Notes under the pieces: model-generated
What the model was told of the DNA's origin: nothing
The model's database searches: none
What the model saw: only the letters and a program-made list of their open reading frames with translations
Made by a program: the position numbers and the translations under genes
Virus record (IMG/VR): IMGVR_UViG_3300037235_000042
Location: 34,272 to 98,271 of that record
Source: a virus
DNA: 64,000 bases
Strand: one strand, 5' to 3'
In this document: positions 44,515 through 53,199 of the stretch, piece after piece
How positions within the stretch are numbered: position 1 is the stretch's first letter
How the letters are laid out: each line of letters begins with the position of its first letter

Positions 44515-44743
44515 CGGATTTATACTTGGCGATAAACTCTTCCAGGGCCCGGATCATGGTGTCACGCTGAGCATTCGAGATCCATGTGAACTCCGGCCCG
44601 TCGAAGGCGAAGATCATGAGCGCGAAGCCTATCCGTTCGTTCTCCAACTGGATAGCCGAGCCCAGCATGTGACCAAGATCGCGACAGTTGGCTTCCATCC
44701 GGCGGAGGAGTTGCGGGTCGATTTCTTCCCGGTCCCTGGCCAT
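44480..44743 (-). CDS. conserved phage hypothetical protein
   Basis: GFALMIF...WISNAQR..MI motif. Confidence 0.6.
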   Translation of the reverse strand: MARDREEIDPQLLRRMEANCRDLGHMLGSAIQLENERIGFALMIFAFDGPEFTWISNAQRDTMIRALEEFIAKYKSGEATQTSTGKN

Positions 44744-45159
44744 TAGTCGGCTCCTAGATCATCTCGTACAGTCATGATAATTTTCCCGAGCTGATTCTCG
44801 CCTACCCCATTAGAAGTTCCCCAAAACGTATCACCCCACCAGTTTCCCTCTTCAATCTCATGCGGGGCCGTCGCCAGAAGTTTCGACCGAAGAGGTTCCT
44901 TTGAGAATTTCTGGGCCACTAACGCCTTCATGACCTCGACTCGGACTTGGTCCCAATGAGGCCGGAGTTTCACCACTCGTCCGAGACGCTTGGCCTCCGA
45001 GGCTTTTATGTGGACAAACTGGGCTCTGTCTGACAGGTGACGGCATTTCGCTGCTTGGTAGGCGTTCTCAACCGAGGGATATTCTACGCCTTCGTAGACG
45101 ATGAAGCAGGACCAGAAGTTAGAGAGAAAACGATACTGTCCGCTCAGTTCAGGGATCAT
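44743..45159 (-). CDS. NADAR (YbiA-like) ADP-ribosyl hydrolase
   Basis: FLSNFW, YPSVENAYQAAK, AKRLGR, KFS, LLAT, EEGNWWGDTFWG, GENQLGKIIM. Confidence 0.9.
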   Translation of the reverse strand: MIPELSGQYRFLSNFWSCFIVYEGVEYPSVENAYQAAKCRHLSDRAQFVHIKASEAKRLGRVVKLRPHWDQVRVEVMKALVAQKFSKEPLRSKLLATAPHEIEEGNWWGDTFWGTSNGVGENQLGKIIMTVRDDLGAD

Positions 45160-45167
45160 ACTACTAA

Positions 45168-45196
45168 GTTGTAGCGCAAGGAAGGAAGAATGTCAA
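45168..45196 (-). promoter_or_regulatory. sigma70-type promoter, leaderless-type, for the NADAR operon
   Basis: TTGACA-17-TACAAC, 8 nt before ATG, no SD. Confidence 0.6.
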
Positions 45197-45539
45197 GAGA
45201 ATTCTAACGACAACCCTCCGTAGTCTGCTTTCCACTCTTCCTCAACGATAACACCGGTTCGAAATTCATACTACTAAAAAGTAGTAAGATTAAAAATGAA
45301 ACTGGAAATTGTTTGCGAATACCCATGCGCTCGCCGAGCACTCTGTTCCATACCCCGGTACCCTTGGACCTAGGGGCCGGGGCTGGGGCAGACTGTCCGG
45401 TCGGCGCGGTTAGGTCGACAGGCTGCTGGGGTATAGCTGGAAGTAGAGCCGACTCTTGGTGAGGTATAGCCAGATGTTATAGGTGTGTAACTGTTATATG
45501 GTTCGCTGGGGAATCGTGCGCCTGTGGACGAATCTTTAC

Positions 45540-45569
45540 TTGACAGGTGTTCTGAGCATAGGTTAATGT
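45540..45569 (+). promoter_or_regulatory. early sigma70-type promoter
   Basis: TTGACA-18-TAATGT containing GCATAGGTTAATGT. Confidence 0.55.
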
Positions 45570-45592
45570 TCCTGCCACGGAGGGTTACACGG

Positions 45593-45790
45593 ATGAGACA
45601 CATACAAGGATACAGGATTACCGGACGATTCACAGTCGCATGTCCTACTTGTGGAGGTAACACTACGCTGAAGTATGTCCGTTTACACGGCGGCCAGTGC
45701 AAGCATTGTGCGGAGCATTGTGCGGAGCCAGTGGAGAAACGTGCGTCACGCGAGGAGCAACACGCGAGGTATATAGATTGTGGTCCGTAA
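45593..45790 (+). CDS. zinc-finger protein
   Basis: GGAGG SD; CPTC...CKHC. Confidence 0.55.
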   Translation: MRHIQGYRITGRFTVACPTCGGNTTLKYVRLHGGQCKHCAEHCAEPVEKRASREEQHARYIDCGP

Positions 45791-45910
45791 GCTTGGGACG
45801 ATAGGGATTAGTTCCGACATTAGCCTCTGCCAAGAGGGGCTATTGATGTAACTAACGCGACAGTCCGGCAGTTCGATGAGTTGACCGACGGTCCGCGAGA
45901 GGTGATGAAG

Positions 45911-46099
45911 ATGCAATATACGCAACGTCCCCAGGTAGTTCAGACGCATGACTCACGCTATGATCATTCCCCGGTTAAGCCTACACACTTTCAACGGTTC
46001 CTGAACGAATGGGCAGAACGGCAGGCTATTAATAAGGATACAGCCAAGGTAGAACTATCCGACCTGTCAGCTTGGGAAAACGAAGGAGGTGCTCTATGA
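45911..46099 (+). CDS. hypothetical protein with WENEGG motif
   Basis: GAGGT SD; C-terminal WENEGGA. Confidence 0.5.
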   Translation: MQYTQRPQVVQTHDSRYDHSPVKPTHFQRFLNEWAERQAINKDTAKVELSDLSAWENEGGAL

Positions 46100-46188
46100 C
46101 TCCAGTTCAAGCTTTTCTCCTTGCTTACGTGGTAGATACGCTCATTCTTGGTTGGCTGATCTCTCGGGACATGGGAGGTGGGTTATGA
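46096..46188 (+). CDS. 30-aa membrane micropeptide (not in ORF track)
   Basis: AAGGAGGT SD; MTPVQAFLLAYVVDTLILGWLISRDMGGGL; ATGA overlaps at both ends. Confidence 0.6.
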   Translation: MTPVQAFLLAYVVDTLILGWLISRDMGGGL

Positions 46189-46289
46189 CTCTACTTCACA
46201 ATCTCGGGTCGTATCTTCTTTATATGGTCCGAATTCGATGGTTTCTGTTGATGGTTAGAATCCGGTCAATCCTCGGAGGTCGGCTATGA
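46185..46289 (+). CDS. 34-aa basic/hydrophobic micropeptide
   Basis: GGAGGT SD; MVRIR twice; ATGA overlaps. Confidence 0.55.
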   Translation: MTLLHNLGSYLLYMVRIRWFLLMVRIRSILGGRL

Positions 46290-46489
46290 CTCAAGTGACT
46301 GAATTCCTTAGCTTGATTCCTTGTGGCGCGGCGATTCTAGCCGTTCTGACTATTCTGGCCATTGGCGCGATTCTAGACGCGATTGTCATGCGGGATATGT
46401 GGGTAATTCGTGTTCTAGCCGTTGTCGTTCTGTCGCTGGTTAACCTTTACATTCTGTTAACTTTGCCGATTCTCGGAGGTTTGTTATGA
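46286..46489 (+). CDS. 2-TM small membrane protein
   Basis: GGAGGT SD; two hydrophobic helices. Confidence 0.6.
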   Translation: MTQVTEFLSLIPCGAAILAVLTILAIGAILDAIVMRDMWVIRVLAVVVLSLVNLYILLTLPILGGLL

Positions 46490-46689
46490 CATCTCTCAGA
46501 TGGTTTGACCCATTGTCTGATCAACCTGCTAAGGCATTACCGCCATGCACGTTATGTGGCCACCATGGCGTCACGGTCGACGTTATGGAAGGAATATTGT
46601 GCCTGCAATGCGCTACGGGTAAGGCTGAATTACTGGTCATGCAATACGCTTTGTCGGCTGAAACGGAGGTAGATCGTGAGGCTAATTGA
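46486..46689 (+). CDS. zinc-finger protein
   Basis: CTLC...CLQC; GGAGGT SD. Confidence 0.55.
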   Translation: MTSLRWFDPLSDQPAKALPPCTLCGHHGVTVDVMEGILCLQCATGKAELLVMQYALSAETEVDREAN

Positions 46690-46972
46690 ACAGGATAACT
46701 CTGGGAAATTCACCGCTTTAGCCCTAGTCGGACTGGCTCTGTTATTCATCGTTCTAGCCTGTCTTGGATGCCGGGCAGAGGATAAGCCTAGGCTGAATCC
46801 TCGGCAGGATTGGACGGTCGGACACAAGGCCGATGAGTCGCAACCATCGTTGACTCGGATGGTTCATGGTGTCGAATTGTCGATTCCAGTTCAACGTAAT
46901 CCGCAGGTCTCTATTGCCGTTCCTGTCGTTCATGTAGTTAGAATCCTACATACTTTCAGGGGGAGAAAATGA
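46676..46972 (+). CDS. putative lipoprotein/membrane protein
   Basis: hydrophobic leader ending LACLGC. Confidence 0.5.
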   Translation: MRLIEQDNSGKFTALALVGLALLFIVLACLGCRAEDKPRLNPRQDWTVGHKADESQPSLTRMVHGVELSIPVQRNPQVSIAVPVVHVVRILHTFRGRK

Positions 46973-47193
46973 CTCAACACGCGGTGAAACACGCCACACG
47001 GGCGCTAAAAGTGGTTGTCAAACACCATAACAAGATTGTGCGGGTTACGATCTTCGTGGTCATAGTTTGTGCAGTGGTTGTGACTCACGAATCCGGCTTG
47101 TCACTTCTGGCCATAGGTTATAAAGCCTTGGAAATGTTCGCCGATGTCGTGGCGGATAGGGTATTTCCAAGTGAGTGGGTTGAACATAGGTAG
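46969..47193 (+). CDS. small membrane protein
   Basis: TM VTIFVVIVCAVVV; ATGA overlap. Confidence 0.55.
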   Translation: MTQHAVKHATRALKVVVKHHNKIVRVTIFVVIVCAVVVTHESGLSLLAIGYKALEMFADVVADRVFPSEWVEHR

Positions 47194-47222
47194 AGTTAAG
47201 TTAGAGTTAAGCTAGTGAAAAT

Positions 47223-47255
47223 AAAGGCCTTAGGTCGGTATGACTAAGGCCTTTT
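47223..47255. terminator. bidirectional intrinsic terminator
   Basis: AAAGGCCTTA...TAAGGCCTTT inverted repeat between convergent operons. Confidence 0.7.
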
Positions 47256-47312
47256 CGTTGTTATACGCTCGGTTGGCGTTATTGGGACGGGTAGAATAGA
47301 ACGCGCGCGCGC

Positions 47313-47861
47313 CTAGGGCAGGGTAGGCTTAGGGGAATCGGGCTCTACGGTCGCGACGGTCGCGTCTGGCAACGTCACCATTAGACGCGGGATTCTATAG
47401 CGGTAACCTGTCGAGATGTCCTCGCCTTTGATGTACGGTTTTAGCTGTACGATCTGGTAATCGTGGCCGTTAGTGAGCCGGATAGTTTCGCCAATTTTCA
47501 ACTGTCGAGCTCTGGCTAGTTTCGCAGCCCGATTAGCATGGTATGCGCGGACACGTTTCCGCCATGCAGAGGCGAATTCTCCAGTGGGCTCTGGCACCAT
47601 TTCCAGGTAAGCAAGTGGACACGATACCTCGCACGGTCCCATTGACTCTGTTAGTGGTTTGTAGCCCCATCCGTCACGCTGGTCGCCATTGCGCAAGAGG
47701 TAACAACCGATGTAACGTTGCTTTGGTTCCTCTTGGATTTCGCCGACTGTCCAGAGGGTAGTGCCTCGGAGACAATGAGCCAGAGTTTTATGACGGTCGG
47801 AATCCTTGATTAATTCCGCGATCTGTTCTTTGCAAGAGTTAGCGCCGAAGTACCAGCCCAT
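47313..47861 (-). CDS. DUF6927-like protein
   Basis: WGYKPLTESMGP...CPL.YL..AWR motif. Confidence 0.55.
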   Translation of the reverse strand: MGWYFGANSCKEQIAELIKDSDRHKTLAHCLRGTTLWTVGEIQEEPKQRYIGCYLLRNGDQRDGWGYKPLTESMGPCEVSCPLAYLEMVPEPTGEFASAWRKRVRAYHANRAAKLARARQLKIGETIRLTNGHDYQIVQLKPYIKGEDISTGYRYRIPRLMVTLPDATVATVEPDSPKPTLP

Positions 47862-47863
47862 TG

Positions 47864-48130
47864 TTAGTTACCTCCCGCCATGACATAGGCGATTGCGTTG
47901 TTCTCATTCTGCCAATTGCGAATTAGTTCCCGCGTTGTGGTTTCTGATTCCCAAGTACCGACAGTCCGTTGTCGATAGACTTGATAATCGGTAATGCTTT
48001 GAAAGTCTCCGGCTTTGGACTTGATTTCCTCTGCCGTGGGCTCATGACGAAAGGTGTATTCATAAGAACTGGTGAAACCTTCCCAAGTCTCGCCAATGAG
48101 CCGGACGGTGTAGATCGTTGATTCTTGCAT
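47864..48130 (-). CDS. hypothetical protein
   Basis: ORF in operon. Confidence 0.55.
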   Translation of the reverse strand: MQESTIYTVRLIGETWEGFTSSYEYTFRHEPTAEEIKSKAGDFQSITDYQVYRQRTVGTWESETTTRELIRNWQNENNAIAYVMAGGN

Positions 48131-48133
48131 GGG

Positions 48134-48460
48134 TCACCGTTTCACTTTCGCCATTGCTTTAAGTTCCGCCTTGATGCGGCGCGCTACTGGGCCGCGCCAA
48201 GTCTGGGCATTGGCTAGGAAATAGAGGACTATCGAGACTGCGGAATCACAGAAGTAGTCCTCCGAGATTGAGTTAAGAGTGGACATGGCGTCTAGATAGG
48301 GGACTGCTCCGAAGTAGACGGGAGACCAGTTTTTGCGGATTTCACGGGCGATCTCAGACAATGGTCTCGGAGAATCACACTTTGGACACTTGCCGATTGG
48401 CCCATGATACTCAGTTTTACACTTCTCACATGTTTGGTAGAGCGTCATCGTTTCAGTCAT
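48134..48460 (-). CDS. zinc ribbon fused to conserved phage domain
   Basis: CEKC..CPKC then RPLSEIAREI..W..YFGAVPYLDAM..YFLANAQTWRG. Confidence 0.65.
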   Translation of the reverse strand: MTETMTLYQTCEKCKTEYHGPIGKCPKCDSPRPLSEIAREIRKNWSPVYFGAVPYLDAMSTLNSISEDYFCDSAVSIVLYFLANAQTWRGPVARRIKAELKAMAKVKR

Positions 48461-48508
48461 TGTTGTATCGCACCTCTCATAGTTAGATGTTAAGCTATGC
48501 TCAAGGAT

Positions 48509-49561
48509 TCAGAATCCGTCTGCCGTTACGCGGTCCTCCATTGAACGGACTTCCAAGCATAGTTGACCGTTAGCGTTGAATTCCTTCAATCCCTTGGATT
48601 CAAGAAAATCCTCAGGCGTAGCGTAGCGATTGGCATCGTCGCGGCAGTCTCCAGCGAAGTCCCAAGGATGAAAGCAGGAACAGATGCCGCATTCGAAAAT
48701 CGTCCATTTTTTCGTAGCTGGATAGATCGGCTCTACGCCAGAGTAAGGAACGGACTTGCCGTCTCGATTGACGGAGATTAGGAATTCCTTGCGCCGTCCG
48801 TTTTTGGAAACTAACTCTTCGACCCATCCGGCGATGGGCCAGTTTTTGGTTCCCTTGAGATGATGAGCGGAAGAGTAGCCAAAACCGCCTTTACGCCAGA
48901 TTTTCCCTTTGATCTTGTAAGCGACGGCATCATGAAGTTCTAGCGGTCGCTTTCCCAGATAGGTTAAAGTGTGTAGGCGTGCACTGTCAGTGTCGCGAGT
49001 CTCGGGGAAGTGTTTTTCCGCCACGTGGCAGCAACGTTCAAAGTTCTGGCCACATTCAACGATGGCCCAATCCGGCTCTGGCCCATTGAGATCGTAGGTT
49101 CCGGCTAAATCCTTGCCGTTGTAGACGGATAGACTGGAAGTGGGAATGTCGAAAACGTAAGCCCATTCCAGATCGTAACTCGCCAGGGTTAGAGGATTGG
49201 CGGATTCGTGACGCTCGCCATGGCAATAACATTGTGGCCGGGCGATATGTTTTAGCCTCAGGTAACGGCGATAACGTTTTCCCCAATCGGCTGAGGATTC
49301 TCCGGTTTTATGTTTCGGATAACCTTTGGACGAATTGCCGTAGCCAGGGGTTAGGCTGAAGTCCTTTTCGCAGATGGTAGACCATCCGGCGGGATGCTTG
49401 TCGATTAGCGTGGTTAGCATCCTTGGGAGATTCTTGTCGAAGTGGCCGATGTACAGCCGCCATAAGTTCTGACCTAAACAGGTCGGATAGCTGTCCCAAT
49501 GATGGTAGACGCCTGTCGGGCCAGATGGACCGTTGCGCAGGATAGCTCCGTTGGTTGACAT
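48509..49561 (-). CDS. conserved phage protein (MST...Y.HWDxYP..LG family)
   Basis: MSTNGAI, VYHHWDSYPTCLG, EWAYVF; start at ATG 49561 with GAGGT SD. Confidence 0.6.
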   Translation of the reverse strand: MSTNGAILRNGPSGPTGVYHHWDSYPTCLGQNLWRLYIGHFDKNLPRMLTTLIDKHPAGWSTICEKDFSLTPGYGNSSKGYPKHKTGESSADWGKRYRRYLRLKHIARPQCYCHGERHESANPLTLASYDLEWAYVFDIPTSSLSVYNGKDLAGTYDLNGPEPDWAIVECGQNFERCCHVAEKHFPETRDTDSARLHTLTYLGKRPLELHDAVAYKIKGKIWRKGGFGYSSAHHLKGTKNWPIAGWVEELVSKNGRRKEFLISVNRDGKSVPYSGVEPIYPATKKWTIFECGICSCFHPWDFAGDCRDDANRYATPEDFLESKGLKEFNANGQLCLEVRSMEDRVTADGF

Positions 49562-49607
49562 TTTTCGCACCTCTTTTCAAGTTTGAGTTTCTAAGTTACC
49601 AGAGGTT

Positions 49608-49690
49608 AGATTACATTAACCTATGCTAAGATTCAAGAGGTTTGGAGAATTATTTTTTAATTTGCAACTTTGTGCGGAGGATGATAATCT
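49608..49690. promoter_or_regulatory. divergent promoter pair
   Basis: minus: TTGAAT-17-TAATCT (49636..49608); plus: TTGCAA-17-TAATCT (49662..49690), both with extended TG. Confidence 0.6.
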
Positions 49691-49700
49691 ACATGTTCGT

Positions 49701-50447
49701 ATGCACAAATCAGTCCGATTAACCTCTACCAAGTTGCTCACGGTAGAGAATCCCAAATCAAGCAAAGGTGAGAAGTTCGGTTATCTGACAGGGATTCTCT
49801 ATCTAGCCCCGGCGCAGGAATCCGGAGTGGTCAATGTCTGCCCGTTCAGCACGGAAGGATGCCGGGCTGCGTGTCTGTATGATGCCGGAATGAGCCGAGT
49901 GTTCCCGAAGATTAAACAGGCCAGGATTAGGAAAACGAAATGGTTGTTCGACGACAGGGAAGGATTTCTCCGCGAGCTGCGGAATGATATCCGGCTAGTA
50001 GCGGAAAAGGCGGAACGGGAGAATTTAATCCCCACATTCAGGTTGAATGGGACGAGTGATCTGCCGTGGCTCGGGATGCAGATGGCTAGGGAGTTTCCTC
50101 AGTACATTTTCTACGACTACACAAAAGTAGTAAGACCGTGGCTTAGGCAACTGCCGAATTATCACATTACGTTTTCCCTAAGCGAATCGAACTTTCAGGA
50201 TGCATTCGACTGCCTGCAGCATGGGATGAATGTCGCGGTCGTGTTCGACGTTCCAGCGAAGGGGAAGAATCGGAAAGCGGAACCGCTGCCGGAAATGTGG
50301 CGGGGAGTTCACGTAGTCGATGGAGATTTGACGGATTTGCGCTTTCTAGACCAGCACAGGTTCGGGCTAGTGGTCGGCCTGAGAGCGAAGGGGAAAGCTA
50401 AACAGGATCAAAGCGGGTTCGTACAGATTTCAGGTTTGAACGGCTGA
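49701..50447 (+). CDS. GP88-family protein (Cys-triad, Fe-S/radical-SAM-like)
   Basis: LYLAP, VCPFSTEGCRAACL, RLNGTSD, FYDYTK, NYHITFS.SE, DGDLTDLRFLD, GLRAKG. Confidence 0.75.
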   Translation: MHKSVRLTSTKLLTVENPKSSKGEKFGYLTGILYLAPAQESGVVNVCPFSTEGCRAACLYDAGMSRVFPKIKQARIRKTKWLFDDREGFLRELRNDIRLVAEKAERENLIPTFRLNGTSDLPWLGMQMAREFPQYIFYDYTKVVRPWLRQLPNYHITFSLSESNFQDAFDCLQHGMNVAVVFDVPAKGKNRKAEPLPEMWRGVHVVDGDLTDLRFLDQHRFGLVVGLRAKGKAKQDQSGFVQISGLNG

Positions 50448-50463
50448 GTCGCACCTCCCGTTC

Positions 50464-50499
50464 GGGCTGAGGTTGATTGATTGACTTCGGCCCTTTTTT
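50464..50499 (+). terminator. intrinsic terminator
   Basis: GGGCTGAGGTTGA/TTGACTTCGGCCC stem (G-U pairs) + T6. Confidence 0.65.
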
Positions 50500-50612
50500 A
50501 TTTCCAGAAAGTTCTTGCATCCTTTCCGGAGTCATGCTACTCATATGTAGTACGAAGTTCACAGTAGGTCCGGTTAGATGAGTTGAGACCACGGTTGAAC
50601 TGAGGTTAAACA

Positions 50613-51692
50613 ATGCAGATTTACTCAGCAAGTCATCAATGGTCGACCAGACCAGAGGATGAAAGATTCCCCACCTTACAAAGCCTGCTAGACGCTACCA
50701 AGGCTTACTACCAGTCAGCGATTGAGCGGGAAGCGACGATTTCCGACCTGCGGACGGAAGAGGTCAATGGGGACGTTCAACTTGTGGGGAGACAGAACGC
50801 TCCGGCCAAGTTGACGCATTGGAGTTTCGGTCAACTGGCCAGTAAGGTCGGCGCTCCGGCGGAATATCTCAGGAACATCCCTGCGACACTGGCTTGTCAG
50901 AATCTCAACTGGGGATTGAAGAATCTGGCGGAAAAGTCTGAAACGGCTAGCTTACTGCTGCATAACAACGGGAGCCTGCTGCTGAGAGCTATAACCAGTC
51001 AGAAATACGTGAGAATCTGGAACTGGGAAGTCGCTGAGCGGCTGCTCGGAATGCAGGAGTACGGATGGGTTCCGGCGGAGTCAGACTTCAACATGGCGAA
51101 GGATAGCGATCTGGCGCGGGAGAGGGATCTGTACGCGAGCGATCACGATATGTTCGTTTTCCTCTGCAACGGAGAGTCCAGAGTCGCGGAGCCGGGGAAT
51201 CCTGAAGGGTTGAAACGCGGGATTATTGTCGAGAATTCCGAAGTCGGTTCGAGTGCGCTGAAGATGACTAAGTTCCTTTACAGAGGGAGGTGTGGGAACC
51301 ACATCTGCTGGGGAGTCAGCAAGATGATGGAGATTTCCGTCCGTCATGTTGGCGATGCCCGGAACAAGTGGAGCCAGTATCAGTATGAGCTGAAGAAGTA
51401 TGCGGAGTCGTCCGTCCATGAGGATGAGGCTAGGATTTCGAGCGCGAAGACTCGGATCATCGCCGATACGAAGGAGCAGGTGTTGGATCGGTTCGGGCAA
51501 AGGAACTTGAACCTGAGTCTGAAAACTCTAACGGCGGGGTACGATGCGACCAAGCCGGAAGAGGACGGCGACCCACGGTCGGTCTGGGGAGTGGTGAACG
51601 GGCTCACACGATTTAGTCAAAGCCTGCCATATGCCGACCAGCGGATTCAGATTGACCGGGCTGCGGGGAAGTTGATGGAAGGGAGTTTCTAA
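50613..51692 (+). CDS. DUF932-like protein
   Basis: QWSTRPEDERF, THWSFGQL, LYASDHDMFVF, NSEVG, CGNHICW, WGVVNGLT. Confidence 0.6.
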   Translation: MQIYSASHQWSTRPEDERFPTLQSLLDATKAYYQSAIEREATISDLRTEEVNGDVQLVGRQNAPAKLTHWSFGQLASKVGAPAEYLRNIPATLACQNLNWGLKNLAEKSETASLLLHNNGSLLLRAITSQKYVRIWNWEVAERLLGMQEYGWVPAESDFNMAKDSDLARERDLYASDHDMFVFLCNGESRVAEPGNPEGLKRGIIVENSEVGSSALKMTKFLYRGRCGNHICWGVSKMMEISVRHVGDARNKWSQYQYELKKYAESSVHEDEARISSAKTRIIADTKEQVLDRFGQRNLNLSLKTLTAGYDATKPEEDGDPRSVWGVVNGLTRFSQSLPYADQRIQIDRAAGKLMEGSF

Positions 51693-51694
51693 AA

Positions 51695-51886
51695 GTGACC
51701 CTTGCCGCCTACGAGTTAGACGACGACAACGAAGCTACCGGCACTGTTTACCACTTCTGTAGTGAATGGTGCCGGGATCAGTTCACCTCGGACGCCATCA
51801 AGGGAATTAACTTCTCTTGTGGGAATTCGTCAGACGCAATTCAAGGAACGGTCTGCGATAACTGTGCGGGGAAGTTGGACGTTTGA
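51695..51886 (+). CDS. small Cys-rich protein
   Basis: FCSEWC...CDNC. Confidence 0.5.
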   Translation: MTLAAYELDDDNEATGTVYHFCSEWCRDQFTSDAIKGINFSCGNSSDAIQGTVCDNCAGKLDV

Positions 51887-51969
51887 ATTCCTTGACCGGA
51901 CCGGGCTGCGCATGGTTACACGCAGGATTTTTAAAATTTATGTTTGGTGGCGGAACAGTGGGGAAATTT

Positions 51970-52227
51970 ATGACCGGAGAAAAAGTCAAACTTCTGAACC
52001 TGTCCTGTTGTCCTTGTGGCTTTCCCGTGCTGCACGATCATATCAAGCTAGGCGCGGAATACACGATCTACCCGGAGACGATCAGGAACGGGTTCAAGTA
52101 CTTCTGTGGCGGTTGTGGACGGACACAGAATGACGTAATTGTGGTTGACGCGGATCAGCCAAGCGGAGGCGAGCCAATGCCGTTGCCGCTGGTTCTATTT
52201 CAAGTTCGAGAGGAGACTATACAGTGA
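51970..52227 (+). CDS. zinc-ribbon protein
   Basis: CPCG...CGGC; start uncertain. Confidence 0.5.
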   Translation: MTGEKVKLLNLSCCPCGFPVLHDHIKLGAEYTIYPETIRNGFKYFCGGCGRTQNDVIVVDADQPSGGEPMPLPLVLFQVREETIQ

Positions 52228-52574
52228 ATCAACACGAAGTTAAGTTACAGGACGGGAAATTGACCCTATCGGCAATCCCCGGCCAGGAGGTTTGTGATTT
52301 CTGTTCCTCGCCAGAGATCGTGAAGGATTACGATTGTCAGGATTTTCATCTGCCGGTCGGGGGATCGACCATGACAGCCGGGAGTCTAGGGAAATGGGCT
52401 AGCTGTGCGGAATGCGCGAGGTTGATCGATGCTGAGGATCGGGAAGGGTTGGTGGTTAGAAGTCTGGAGTGTTTTTACAGGAATAATCCCCAGACTCGAT
52501 TGAGCCAAGCTGAAGGGATCAAGAGGTTTCTGGAGGAGTTGCATGGGGAGTTCTGGAGGTTGAAGCGAGGTTAA
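52224..52574 (+). CDS. zinc-binding phage protein
   Basis: CDFCS...WASCAEC; AGGAG SD. Confidence 0.6.
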   Translation: MNQHEVKLQDGKLTLSAIPGQEVCDFCSSPEIVKDYDCQDFHLPVGGSTMTAGSLGKWASCAECARLIDAEDREGLVVRSLECFYRNNPQTRLSQAEGIKRFLEELHGEFWRLKRG

Positions 52575-52594
52575 CAAAGCTGGAAAAATAGTTC

Positions 52595-52623
52595 TTGACA
52601 TAGGTTGAGAGATGGGATACAAA
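52595..52623 (+). promoter_or_regulatory. sigma70-type promoter with TAGGTTGA spacer motif
   Basis: TTGACA-17-TACAAA, A-rich UP tract. Confidence 0.6.
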
Positions 52624-52680
52624 GTTGTAGTGTTCGCTGGTTCAACATTCAACATTTCAAAGAATTGAGAGGTTAAAAAG

Positions 52681-52884
52681 GTGAATATCCGCAAAGCGTT
52701 AATGCAGGCCGCTCACGAGTTACTCGGGCAATCTCCTGTTCTAAGTGAGCAGGACCGGAATCTGGCCGCGATTGAGATTCTGCAGTTCGTCAAACAGGTT
52801 GATCTGGTGGCTGGGCAGGTGGAACAGTTGCTGGCGCAGAAGCTGACGGAAGAGATGCAGGGGAAGGGAATGGCTCAGGCCTAA
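52681..52884 (+). CDS. hypothetical protein
   Basis: GAGGT SD, GTG start. Confidence 0.55.
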   Translation: MNIRKALMQAAHELLGQSPVLSEQDRNLAAIEILQFVKQVDLVAGQVEQLLAQKLTEEMQGKGMAQA

Positions 52885-52888
52885 AGTC

Positions 52889-53152
52889 ATGCGAACCATC
52901 TGGAAATTTCCGTTGCGCGAACTTGGCGTTAATATTCTGTCGATGCCAAACGTTCACAAGTTTCTAACCGTTCAGCTTCAGGAGAGGATTCCTACGTTGT
53001 GGGCTGAGGTTAACTCATCGGCTCCGACTCAGGAGGTCGCAATTTATGGCTATCCGACTGGCGGAGAAGCTCCAGGGCCGGACGAACAGTATATCGGGAC
53101 AGTTCAGCTTGACGGATTTGTTTGGCACTACTTCGCCAAGGATTTGGACTAA
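52889..53152 (+). CDS. conserved phage protein (IWKFPL..YIGTVQ..VWH family)
   Basis: recognisable motif set. Confidence 0.65.
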   Translation: MRTIWKFPLRELGVNILSMPNVHKFLTVQLQERIPTLWAEVNSSAPTQEVAIYGYPTGGEAPGPDEQYIGTVQLDGFVWHYFAKDLD

Positions 53153-53199
53153 GGGATCGTCCGTCCTCTCTGAGGATGAACGAGAGGGGAGTTCGAGGA

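Noticed and set aside
45373-45388. G-quadruplex at GGGGCCGGGGCTGGGG
   Set aside because: Only three adjacent G4 tracts
45703-45728. 12-bp tandem duplication GCATTGTGCGGA (HCAE twice)
   Set aside because: Real but in frame and most simply a slippage event
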